Part shown: piece after piece, positions 1 through 14,142 of the stretch
Position numbering within the stretch: position 1 is the stretch's first letter
Layout: each line of letters opens with the position of its first letter
DNA from: Andalucia godoyi And28
Lineage: Eukaryota; Protista; Jakobida
Assembly (NCBI GenBank): GCA_009859145.1
Contig: VRVR01000001.1
Location: 264,463 to 328,462 of the forward strand
Direction of reading: 5' to 3'
Length of the DNA: 64,000 nucleotides
Made by a program: the position numbers and the translations under genes
Notes under the pieces: generated by a model
What the model was told of the DNA's origin: nothing
Databases searched by the model: none
The model's input: only the letters and a program-made list of their open reading frames with translations

Positions 1-866
1 TCGCTTGGCGTTGTTGGACGTGCGGCAATTGGGCAGATTCCAGAAGATTATTTGGGGCAACCCGCAAACGAAAGCCAGCCGCATGAGCAGGAGCAGGAGC
101 AGGAACAGGAATATCAGCGTATTGTGTCCACAAGAATGGCGTCCTTCAGCGGTCCAAGTCCCGCACCACCTTCGCTGGCTCTTCAAAGCGGGTTCATGCC
201 CAATCAAGCATATGACGAATTGAGTGATCCCGCGTTCTCACCACAGACGCCCGCAGCGAATTCACAGTCCAATGCACTGCAAACGCCCAATATTGCGCTT
301 CCAAGACATGTTTCGTTTGTGATGAGTGCTTCTCCGGTTATCGATATCGTTCCAATTTCACTGTCGCCGCCAACTCGTCACGGGTCGCTGTTGTCGTCGC
401 ATTCTTCGCACTCGCCTCCTTCAGAGACCCAGCATTACTGTGGAGATCCATTCCGATCGGGAAGCATGGGACTTCCACAGAAGCGATTGACGTCACATGT
501 GCAGTTGGATGAAGAGGATCGGGATCGCATGTCCTTGGATGAAGCTATTCAACGAGCGCGGCTGTCTTCCAATCTGGTGAAGAGAGAGTTGAGTACGTCG
601 AGCATGAGCAATCCTTCCATGACCGATGGATTGCCTCAGCCTCTGTCGCAGCCATTGTCTCCGTTGTCTAACCTCCCGGCTCTGGTTTCGTCCACTGCGA
701 GCATACCCAAGAACAACGGCTGTCTGAACAGCGAGGACAGTGGACGTTCAAATGATGTTTCTGCATCGAACACTGATCAGAACAATCATAGCGTGCAGCA
801 AAACAATGATGTCGCTAGCGGCAGCACCTCCTCCCGCAACCGCAACCACAACAACAACAACAACAA

Positions 867-907
<41 letters not shown>

Positions 908-1701
908 ATGGTCTTTTGGCTTATCACGCAATGAATGACACGTTGTCGGAGACCGAGCCGCGGTTGCTGAAGCCTCGGTATGTTGACGACCCGGGACTGC
1001 GTACTGAGTATGAGGAACCAAGAGGACAACGCCATTTGCCTGCAGTGGAGAAATCGTTGGGCGAAGTTGAAATGAACAGCATCATGGTGTCCCAGAATCG
1101 GCTTGCCGCGATCCGCAGAGCACTCGATGAGGAGCACGTGGCGATGCAGCAAATCGCCGAAGAGTTTGCAGTTCACAAAGTTGAGCATGTTGAGGAAGAC
1201 GAACGGGCTGTTGTGCGAGCTGTTGTCCGAGCTGCCTCGCCAGTCGTGGATTATGCATTTCCGAGATCTATCTCGGAAAGCAACCGAGTTGGGTCTTCTG
1301 TTTCCAACTCTCCGTCACCGGACTTCGCCGAGGCAATGTCGATGTCGCGCGCGGATGCGGCTGTCGAGCCACAGCATTTAAATCCTCGGTCTCCTCCACC
1401 GCGTCCTCATTCGGTGCTGTCTTCTCCGTCTTTCAAACGATTTTCCAGTTTCCAGCCAACGAGTCCGGCTCCCTCCGCACCTCCAATGTCGCCCGAAACT
1501 CCGAGAAGCACGTCGTCAATGCAAGTGAAGCCACCAAGAGTTCCGCGTTCGGAGCGTGCACAGTACCTCACCATGGGGGATCCAATTCGGTCCGCGTCTG
1601 GTCTTAAACCAGGTGCATACAGTGTCCGCAGCCCGTCTCCATCGTCAGCCCAAGCTCATCACCGCCTGTTGTCCTCTGGCAAGAGTGTGTCTTTTGTCTA
1701 A
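1..1701 (+). CDS. Hypothetical low-complexity Ser/Pro/Asn-rich protein, 5'-truncated by the window edge
   Basis: The frame is open from base 1 to TAA at 1701 (ORF track starts at a TTG at 52). It has poly-N from (AAC)n/(AGCAAC)n and one short coiled-coil segment. No recognisable domain. Confidence 0.6.
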
Positions 1702-1823
1702 CCCAAGGAAGCTGTTTTTTTCGATCGTCATCCTCATCCCTTTCAATACCGGTTTCTTGCCTTTTCACATAAATTACTATAATTTGGAATGCTTTTTTGT
1801 CCGTACACCTTTTGCGTATCCAT

Positions 1824-1945
1824 GGCTGACAGCTTTTGTGTATTAACATCGAAACATCGAACCAAACAACGTCGTGCTGTCGGGAAGTTTGTTTGGAACA
1901 CGATATTCTTGCCGTAGTCCAGTCTAGAATTCCTTCATTCTTCAC
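1824..1945 (+). repeat. Dispersed repeat family, copy 1 (short)
   Basis: GGCTGAC...GGAAGTTTGTTT...GATATTCTTGCCGTAGTCCAGTCTAGAATTCCTTCATTCTT aligns by eye with 3798-3930 and with the reverse complement of about 18480-18595. Confidence 0.75.
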
Positions 1946-2063
1946 TTTTCGATCAACTATTCGAGAATGTATGCACGTGTGCGTGAATCCTTTTTGTTCA
2001 TTTCTTCGCTGGTACAGACTCCAGACGCTTTCTCGTGGGTTTTTGTCTGCGAGCAACTTTCGA

Positions 2064-3637
2064 ATGGAGGATCAATTCGTTCTGCGGTTGCCACCGAACC
2101 TAGCGGACGAAGTTCGCGAAATCTTGCGAAAAGAAGATTCTTCCGACGCACTTGATTTCGAGCTTGATAGTATGTGTTTGTTATCGATATATGCAAAGAA
2201 GGGAGAAGAAAAAAAAAAAAAAAAGGAGACTCGCCTGTGTCTCCCTATCTCTTCGTTTTCGTTTTCGGTTTTCCGCTCTGTTGCTCACTTCTTCTTTGAT
2301 TATTCGCAACTTGCGCAGCATCGACTAAACGCGGATGGTTCACAGTTCGTGGAATGGGACGATACCCATGCGTGTTGGTTGACTTACCCACCGTTTCCGA
2401 GTCTTTCAAGACATTTAACAAGCGAGACTACATCAAGACCGCGACAGTGTGCCAAGTATGTGTGATTGATTTTCTTTTCTTTTCTGTTCTTCTCCTCCCA
2501 CCCGTTTCGAACCACATGCCCGTGTGTGTTTGCCAGTTTCACATTACTAATCCTCATGTTTTGTTGTTGTTTAAAATGCATGTCTTTTACCAGATGATTG
2601 TCGTGAAATCGAGTGAAGACGATCCAGACCCAGTGATGCAGTATCCTTCTGGATTGTGTCCGCCTTTTCGCAATATCCGGCATGAATGGAGTAAGCATCA
2701 CGATCGTCTTCCCGGATTCAGAGAGCGATTAGAGCACTTGAAGACAATTCTTCGTGAAATGAAGGACGAAAATGTACGATATGAACTCGATGTTGAGCAT
2801 GAGGAAGAAGAAGAAGAGGAGGAAGAGGAGGGGGAGGAGGAGGTAGAGGATCTAGAAGGAGAATTCGAAGAAGATTTGGAGGAGGATCTAGAAGGAGAAG
2901 AAGAAGCGAGGGACCGTTTGGATGGCGAGGAACATGGCGATCTTGGCGAATTTGAAGATGATGTCGAAGACATGGGGGTGGAAGGTCTGCAAGTCGATAT
3001 GCAACAGGCAAGCTCACAGCGCACAACCAGCAGTCACAGTCGAGTGCAAAGTATGGCAGATCTGAGTGTGCCAATGGATGATTCTTATGCGGTTGCAGAA
3101 TCGAGACCGCCGTCCACAGGCCCTCCTCTTCCACCTCTCCGACCGCTTCCTCCTGCTTCTTCCGTCGCTTCTTCTTCCTCCACCACCCCCTCCATGACGA
3201 TGGCGATCCCTTCTGCACGAGTTCCCCGCATGGCTTCCGTATCGTCGTTCTCGGCTCTTTCTCCGTTGGAAGGCAGTCCGGGTGTCGTGGATACGATATC
3301 GCCCTCCCCACCTGGAGTCGTTTACACTGACCAGTCCCGGAGTCAGCGGGATGGAGATGACTACAGTCCGTCTTCTGCCGAGCGACAAGACGATGCGGCT
3401 GTCACGTCGACTACGACGACACAGGAAATGCTGGTTCCACAGCTTTCGCAGGAAGACGAGGAACGGAGAAAGCGACTTCAGGAAATTGGCGATCTCGAAA
3501 GAACCATCGAGGGGCTTAGGAAGCAAATGGGAACGGCCCCGGGACCGCTCAAAGCAAAGATCATGGCACAGATGCAACAGACCCAAGCGCATGTGGAAGC
3601 GAAAAAGAGAGAGTTTCAGAGTTTTTGGCCCAAATAG
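2064..3637 (+). CDS. TAF7: TFIID subunit TAF7 (TAFII55 N-terminal domain, acidic tract, C-terminal coiled coil); join(2064..2169,2319..2455,2594..3637)
   Basis: Spliced product reads MEDQFVLRLPP...LVDLPTVSESFKT...YIKTATVCQMIVV...YPSGLCPPFRN, matching TAF7 motifs. Two GTATGT...CAG introns (149 and 138 nt) restore one frame. Confidence 0.9.
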
Positions 3638-3797
3638 TCTAATAAGGATGATGATGGTTGTGGTGGTGGTTGATTTTACGGTGTACATGCAGTGGCCAGT
3701 TCTGCTGATGCTCCATCCGCCGTCTCCTTCTCTCTTGCACAGTTCCTGCCCCTTGGATGGCTCATAGGTTCCGTTTTCTGGATATTGTATCAGGTAC

Positions 3798-4278
3798 GGC
3801 TGACCGTTTTGTGCATCAGCATTGAACATCAAACAAACAGCATCATATCAGGAAGTTTGTTTGTTTATCTAACCCTATGGGAGCGCGATTTTCTTGCCGT
3901 AGTCAAGTCTAGAATTTCTTTCATTCTTCCCTTTTCCCCCTTTCTGTTATCTTCTGTTTGCTTTTTCCTATCGAACCCTCAAGCACCACCTTTCATCAAA
4001 GACAAAAACACATCTCGTGGCTCCAAAGAGGAATCTTCCCAACAGACTCAAACCGGCCACGCCCGAAGACACCGAGAACCGAGGAACCCGTTGATCCCCC
4101 CCTCCTCATCGGAGGCCGAGAGCAAGAAGAAGAAGCGATGACCCTTTGATGCAGAGCAATCTGCATTGAAGAGTTGGTGTTCGCCCCAAATTAAATTAAA
4201 AACATGTGGCTTGGATCTGTTTTCGGCGGCAGCTTCGCCGATCATCTTCTGGATAGTGGATTTCATGTCTTTGGCGAG
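3798..4278 (+). repeat. Dispersed repeat family, copy 2
   Basis: Colinear with the reverse complement of 18158-18606. The core 4132-4220 is identical to 18210-18298; flanks are diverged with indels. Confidence 0.9.
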
Positions 4279-5121
4279 GGTAAATTTATTTTTAGTACGG
4301 AGACACGGTTTGTTTTCATAAAAAAGATCCGGCAGAAAGAGAGAGAAGAAAGGAAATTTCGGCAAAACACCCAGGACACGTGGAGAAAAACTATGCAAAT
4401 CCTAATGGATTTCCGCAAGTGTGCAAGCACTAATTGAACGATCTGCACGAAAAGCTTGGGAGCCCCACCACTTCCACAGTGTCCTGTTGGGACTCGAGTT
4501 CCCAAAGACTCCTTCAGGTGCCTAACCCCACTTTTGTTCAGTATTGACTTTCCCCTTTCTTTCTGCCTTGCCGTCTTCACGAAACTCACCTATCAAAGTT
4601 TCCAGTTCTCTCCTCCGATCCTTGTTTTTATCTTCGTGTTTTCTTTTCCTTTTCTTTTTCCCTCGCTTCTTCTTCTTCGTCTACTTCATACATTTCAGCA
4701 GTTTTGTTTCAATCCTTGCATTCTTCTCCACTCCCACACTCTGGTCCTCATTGCGCTTCTCTTACTGCGGTGCACTCTATTTTCTTGTTCTTTCTTTGTT
4801 GGCGATTTGCAGGTCTTCTCATACACCTTCTGGTCGGTTTAACAAGCAGAAACTCTCACAAAAAAGCCAGCAATTCGTGATTCTTCGCTGATTTACCCTC
4901 CCTTTTGTTTCAAAGTATTCTTAATCAGAAGGAGTTGGAACGCAAACAACGTCTGGAACGAACTAGGACGAAGAAAAAAAATTGCTCGGTTCATAGTTGT
5001 TCATTATTATTATTATTATTATTACTATTATTATTGTTTTTTAATTACTGTTTTTCTTTTTAAATTGATATATTGAATTTTTTTTTGGTGATTTCGCTTT
5101 AGTTTTTGTGCTGGAGTTTCA

Positions 5122-5720
5122 ATGGCAGTACTGTCTGTTTTCCTTGATTCGTCAAATGTAATTGCGATCTTGTTCGCAGCAGTGACGATCGGCACACTCT
5201 CGTATGTCTCCGTGGTTCTCCGTCGCAAGGAAGGATCTTCGGTGGAATCCGAGAACCTTTTCATCTCGCCCAAGCATAGACAACCAAAGTCAAAATCTTC
5301 GGCTTCACATCATTCCCATCATCACACTTCTCATGTCACTCCGCTGTCGTCTTCATCCTCGTCGTCGTCGTCGTCTTCCTCTTCTCACGCAGAGCATTCC
5401 ACATCGCATGCGTCGTCTTCAACCGCCAATCACACTTCTCCGAATTCACACCAACACCATACATCATCTCACAGTACAGACGCAGATAAGAAGACTGCAA
5501 AGTACCATCACCAAACAACACCGACTACTGGCATGAACATTTCTGGTAGCAGCAGCACGAATCCGTCAAGTACTGGGTCCTCCCAGAAGAAGCACGAGGC
5601 GTCAGTGCCAGCCCCTGCTTCCAGAAAGTCTGAAGGGGCGAAGGATAAGTCCCCTGGACCGTCTGCAGGTCGTGCTCTTGCCTCCTCTTCTTCTTCCTCC
5701 TCCTCCTCCTCCTCCTCCTC

Positions 5721-5751
<31 letters not shown>

Positions 5752-6597
5752 ACCCCGGCTTCTGCCTCCAGCACAAGTGCAAAGGGAGCCAAGGCTACCC
5801 CTGTTGCGGAAAAGAAGGACACTGCATCAAAGAAAGAATCGGCAAAGACCGCTGCTCCTGCATCGGTTTCTGCAGCGGATAAGAGGGGTGCCGCGGTCCC
5901 CGTTGCTGCAAAGCCCATTGACAAGAAGGAGACGGATGCGGCTGCAGAAGCGCCTGCTGCAGTTGCTCTTGCAGCTACGAAGGAAGATGACGAATGGATT
6001 GAAGTTTCTGCAGTGCGCAAGCATAAGAAGTCCGACAAGGAGGATGACGCGATTCCTCCCGAAATAACGTTTGTGACGGGAAGAAAGGAGAGTGCTCAGC
6101 GCGGGTTCGCTGGCACTGGAGTTGTTCCCGTGACAGCATCTTTGGATCCGTGGGCGTCGAACGTCAGCAAACCGAAGGAGGAAATCGCAAAAGAGGTCGC
6201 CACTCCGCTGGACCTCGAAGAAGCGAAGCGAAGAGTCGCAGCAGCCTTGGATGCATCTCAGGGTGCGTCCACTGCAGCTGCGCCCTCGGTTGCCCAGCCT
6301 CGTAAGGAACGGCCATCGACCCCGTCAGCTGGTCTGAGCGAGAATGTGTGGAGGAAGCGTGAGGAGCTGTTTAAGGATGATTGGGACAAGAAATTCGAGT
6401 CCCTCCGAAAGGTGGAGAAAATAAGAGCCCTTTCGTCACCAGCAGCAAAAGACAGCAGCACCCAGGAAGCTTCTGGAAGTGATGACGGGGAACATGCTGC
6501 CGAGTACGAGGCACAGACAGAGGAAGGCTATGACGTGGTTCCTGCCACTGAAGAGTTTGGCCAGGTTGAATCTGTGGAAGTAGTCGAACAACAATGA
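5122..6597 (+). CDS. Hypothetical signal-anchored (N-terminal TM) low-complexity protein
   Basis: 491-aa ATG ORF with a hydrophobic stretch (VIAILFAAVTIGTLSYVSVVL) followed by S/H/A/K-rich disordered sequence. Confidence 0.7.
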
Positions 6598-7499
6598 GTT
6601 TGCAACGGCATTTCGTATTTTTTGTTGATCCTTAATTTTCCTCCTCCTTTGTAGCAGAGCGCTCAGGCATATATGATGTTCTGTGTCTGGACCGTCGTTT
6701 CTGTTGATCTCGATCTTTCAAAAACTAGAAGGAGCAAAGGAAAAGTGTGTGCCCGTGTTTTTGTGTTTTTGTGTTTCGTGGCTGTGTGTTTTGTGTGTTT
6801 TGTGTTTTGTGGTTGTGTGTGAAGGAAATGAAAGAAAAAAGGATGGAAAGCAACAACGATCTGCGAATGCTCTCGTGCTGTTATTCCCGTTGACACGATA
6901 GCGAGTCGTGTGTGCTCTGCTGCTTTGTGTGACTATGTGTTACTGTGTTATGTGTTTGCCCTTTGTGTTGCTGTTGTTGTGTGTTTATGTTCCGTGGACG
7001 GACGGGCGGCAGTTGATGGCTGTTGTATCATGCCTCGAACAAGATGCGCGCCGACGTGCTTTCCTTGATGATAGAAATTCCAAATCTTGGTAAAAACGAA
7101 AAACCTTTGTTTTCTCAAAATTCGAAACTCGGATAATTTTCGGGGCATTCATTTCTTTATTCCACCGCCTCCGTTCGTCGTTTTGTCGTTTGTCGGAACT
7201 CGCAGGCGCTCTTCTGATCGTGAATCATCGATCTACGTTGCCATTAAGAAACTTGGTTGGAACGCAGAAAGGAACAGGGAAAAGGGAAGAAAGTAGAAGA
7301 AACACAAGATAGCCGGGTCCCATCGAAGAGATCCACAATCCTCAGTTTATTTATTATTTTATTTATTGATTTTTTCTTTCTTCTATTATTTTTTCCCCTT
7401 CTTCTGTGCACAATTGTATTTATCGTCCCTGCTCAACGTGAGGCTGGAAGCTGTTGGATTACACTCTGTTTTGTTGCGCGTTTGGACTTCGGAATCACA

Positions 7500-10425
<2,926 letters not shown>

Positions 10426-10594
10426 TTCCTTTTGGACGTGCTCCTACCACACACGACGCACCGCCCGCCACCCAACACCCTCTTTCCTGACCGCTGGGGT
10501 TTATTTGTACAGCTTCTGTTTTTCTCATTGGAATTTTAGCTCTTCCATGTGTATGTGTGTGATTTGGTAAAGTAGATGTATGCGTTTACTGTTC

Positions 10595-13399
10595 TCATCT
10601 TACACGCCTCGCTGCAACCTTCCGTTCTTCGGTCGCCTCGTCATCTCCAATAGCTGACCGCTCGGCCATGAGACGGTGGAAGCGCTCGGCTACCTCTTCC
10701 ATTTCCATATTTCGGTCTGTAAAGGCGTCCGTTAAAGACTTGAGGATTTCGTGAAGAGGTGTGGTGGACTTGTCGTCTTGCCGCGACGAACCAGCAGTTA
10801 ATGGGTATTTCGCAGCCTCGCCGGATCGACTGGAAGACACGTTGTGGCCTCGATCCGCAAGAAGAATGGGAGACTCGGGAGAATAGATCATTTGGTCTCG
10901 CATCAAGCGGTTCGATGATCGTCCATCCTGTCCCGGAGACGTTGCCCGCTGCATGTACCCGGCGGGGACGCCTGGTCTCGCTCCCGTGGAGCTAGAGTGG
11001 CCACCACCGTCATGATCATCTCCGGAGCTCTCCACGGCGTTGGGAGAAGCAGATGGGTTCACCATATTAAGGCCGCTGTCATAGTGGTGGTGATGATGGA
11101 TTTCAACAACATTACCTCGAGCAGACGTGGGAGGGCTCTCCGAGATGCGGGTTCTGGTGCTATGCGATCGAGAAGCAGACGCAGACGCAGCCTCCCCTTC
11201 GGGAGAGAAACGCGGATTTCGAGGAATAGGGCGACTGCTGTGAGTGCTGGAAAGAGTATGATTGTGATGATCCGTGCCCGTCGCAGAGCTTATGTTCGAC
11301 GATGACAGAAGGTGCTGCGGCTCTGAAGATGCAGCCGCTGGTTTCGAGGTCGAATCCGCACGGACTGATGCCGCTCCATTTGCGGTGCTGGAAGTGGCAA
11401 GGATGGCTTCTTCGATTTCCTTCTCGTACCGCTTTTCCATGTCTCTTAGTCGCCCACCAATTGCAAGCAACTCTCGCTCAAATGCATTTAGTATCTCCGC
11501 AGCAAAGGAGGCTCCTAGGTTCGCCAAGGGCTCCTTTGCTTTTCTTTGAGATTCGATGATCTTTTCCCATGGAGTTCCGCGGATATCAAAGTGCAGCATG
11601 ATGCGTTCCAAAATGTTCTCATACGCATGGATCTTGTCCACATTCTCCCTGTGAAGTCCTTCCTGAGCCGTTTTGGACTTGAAGCCCTCCTTCACATGAC
11701 GAAGGTACAACAAGATATTGATCAATGGATCATCCTCATCACCCTCCTGTCCGCCAGAGCCATGGGCTTCAGCAATCCGCGACTTTGAGAACGGGACGAC
11801 ATCCGAAAACAAATTGGACACCTCCTTCAGCAGCCTGACATGATCACTGGCAACATGGCCTCTCATCTGCTCCACGGACCCGGCAACGGCACGCAGCTCT
11901 CTCTTCAAACTTTCGACGTGCGACTTGTAGTCTCCCGCCAGACCCTTCCACTTGTTAATGCCTTCCAAAAGACGTGTTTCTTCCGTCTCGGATTCTGCAA
12001 GTTTATGACGCAGCGATTCATTGTCATGCATCAGCGCTTCCTGAGACTTTTCAAATCTGGAAGAGACGTCCTTCAACCTATTTTCGATGCGCTCCAGATC
12101 CAAGCGTCGGACGGAATCATCTTCTCGTAACCGAATCAATTCGGCTGCACCCGCCTCGGCTCGAGAATGCGCTTCATCTGCAACGGCTTGCAGTGCTAAT
12201 GCACGGCGAAGAGAATCGTCTCTCTCGTCTCGGAAGCGGGTTGCAGATACTTGCGCCTCGGTGAGCTGTGAACGCAGCTCCCCGCATTGCACCTCGAACG
12301 ATCTCAGTTGCTGCTGGTATTCAAGCGTCGCTTCTCTTAAATCGCGTCTTTCCTTTTCATTCTCTCTTAAAATACGATCAAGAGATTGAAGCCTTGTTTT
12401 CAGATCGGCACACCGATTCTCTGCTTCCAACGACACCTTTGACAGCCGAGACAGCCTGTCCTCCAGCACCGACACCGTCTTGGCAATCTTATCATCTGCG
12501 GCATGGCGAACCTGCTTAAGCTGATCTTCAAATCCCGCGGCCATTGAAACAACTTGCTGGCGGACATGTGAAATCTCAGCTCCAGTAACCATGAGGTCTC
12601 GGCGAAGGTTTGCGCGATAGGCCTCGGACTCCTGAAGCATGTTCTTCAATCGATGATTCTCCGATTCGAGGGAAATACACATTGCTTGCTGCTGCTCTGC
12701 ACGTGCTTCTGCCTCTCTGTTCTTCGAATTCTCCGTCTCGGATAACTGGCGAAGCAGAGACTCAGCTCGAACCAGATGATTTCGGAGCTCGTTTTTGAGT
12801 GTCGAGTTCTCCACAGACAGCTCTGCATTCTCTTTTTTCAACCGAAACATGCGTTGCTTCACAACAACCAACTGGCGCGATGACGTTGCAAGCGACCGAT
12901 TCATCGAGTTCACCTTGTCCATCCGCTGCTCAATATCGTCATGGTACGTCTTCACGCTCTGAAGCAGGCGATGCGACCAAAACTGTGCAGAATCAACACT
13001 CATACCTCCTCCTCCGTCCAATTCCATTGCAATGCTCGTCTGATTTGCAGCTCTGGAAAACGCGCTGTGTCGAAACGGCAGCGAAGAAGGATCCGATTCA
13101 CTCTTTCGTGCAGCAGAATCTTCATTTGCAGACTCTTCAAAAGACAAGTGCTTTGCGACATCATTGTTCCGATTACCATCCTTGCTCGACCAGTTTAACG
13201 CTTCTTTATCACCGTTACCGCCTGTTACTGCTTGCTCGTGTTCTTCTTGTGTTCTGCTGAGGTACGGCATTGCCTTCTTCTCCGATTCACGCAGTCGAGC
13301 TTCCATGGCATCCAGTGTGCGCGACAGCAACTCCACACTGATTAAATCTGTTCCTTGCTCCCTGTCCAACCTGTTAACCATAAACCCGTATTCATGCAT
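10595..13399 (-). CDS. Hypothetical long coiled-coil protein (934 aa), possibly cytoskeletal or basal-body
   Basis: ATG-initiated ORF with about 450 aa of continuous coiled coil and a disordered C-terminus. No family recognised. Confidence 0.75.
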   Translation of the reverse strand: MHEYGFMVNRLDREQGTDLISVELLSRTLDAMEARLRESEKKAMPYLSRTQEEHEQAVTGGNGDKEALNWSSKDGNRNNDVAKHLSFEESANEDSAARKSESDPSSLPFRHSAFSRAANQTSIAMELDGGGGMSVDSAQFWSHRLLQSVKTYHDDIEQRMDKVNSMNRSLATSSRQLVVVKQRMFRLKKENAELSVENSTLKNELRNHLVRAESLLRQLSETENSKNREAEARAEQQQAMCISLESENHRLKNMLQESEAYRANLRRDLMVTGAEISHVRQQVVSMAAGFEDQLKQVRHAADDKIAKTVSVLEDRLSRLSKVSLEAENRCADLKTRLQSLDRILRENEKERRDLREATLEYQQQLRSFEVQCGELRSQLTEAQVSATRFRDERDDSLRRALALQAVADEAHSRAEAGAAELIRLREDDSVRRLDLERIENRLKDVSSRFEKSQEALMHDNESLRHKLAESETEETRLLEGINKWKGLAGDYKSHVESLKRELRAVAGSVEQMRGHVASDHVRLLKEVSNLFSDVVPFSKSRIAEAHGSGGQEGDEDDPLINILLYLRHVKEGFKSKTAQEGLHRENVDKIHAYENILERIMLHFDIRGTPWEKIIESQRKAKEPLANLGASFAAEILNAFERELLAIGGRLRDMEKRYEKEIEEAILATSSTANGAASVRADSTSKPAAASSEPQHLLSSSNISSATGTDHHNHTLSSTHSSRPIPRNPRFSPEGEAASASASRSHSTRTRISESPPTSARGNVVEIHHHHHYDSGLNMVNPSASPNAVESSGDDHDGGGHSSSTGARPGVPAGYMQRATSPGQDGRSSNRLMRDQMIYSPESPILLADRGHNVSSSRSGEAAKYPLTAGSSRQDDKSTTPLHEILKSLTDAFTDRNMEMEEVAERFHRLMAERSAIGDDEATEERKVAARRVR

Positions 13400-14142
13400 T
13401 AATACACTAAGTATTCACAGCTTCTGAAAACTGAAAGAGGGCAGGAAAACACAAAACGGTACTAAAAGCATTTTTGAAAAAGCGAGGCGACATACAAGGA
13501 ACTATTTGGATCACGAAGATGACCGGGATGGACTGTCAAAGACGCGACGGATGACGTCCTTTGTGACTGCGAAGACGTCGATTCAGAATCAGCTCTTTTA
13601 TTGGGAGAGTGGTTCATTTTTTCAACTAAAACAAAAGAAGAAGAAGAAGAAGAAGAAGAAGAAGAAGAAGAAGAACAACAACAACAACAACAACAACACA
13701 GTCGCTGCTGGCTGATGCGAATAATTCAAAAAGATGCAAGGAAGAGAAAAAGTGAATGCTGCTGGAAAACGAATGGGTGGAGGAGGGCTTCGTGAGAACG
13801 TTATCGGCACTGGCATCCAAGGAAAAATTGAGCGGGCGCTCTGCTTGTACGTACTGTCATGTTCCGTCAGGTCCCGTCCCAGCGACCGTAGTGCACGTTT
13901 CCAAAAAGACCGATGGTCCAAAAAAGGAAAGAAACGGGGGGGAGAGAGCCAAAAATAACTCGCTCCCCTCAATTGCAAAACAGTTTCATTGATAACTCAA
14001 AAAGGATTCGAAAACTGCGTTTTCTTTGGCGAAAAGCTCCTAAATCAAGACTGAGAGCGAAACTTTGGAAATCGCTTCTCTTCTGCTGTGTTTTTTTGTT
14101 CTGCTGTATTCCAGACGAGACAGAGAGATTCCATATCAAAAC

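Noticed and set aside
3648-3710. ATGATGA plus GCCAGTTCTGCT (complement of LSU rRNA AGCAGAACUGGC, the snR61/U38 target) in the TAF7 3' flank
   Set aside because: No correctly spaced D/D' box, no terminal stem, and the C-like box lies in a (TGA/TGG)n run. A 12-nt rRNA match is expected by chance.
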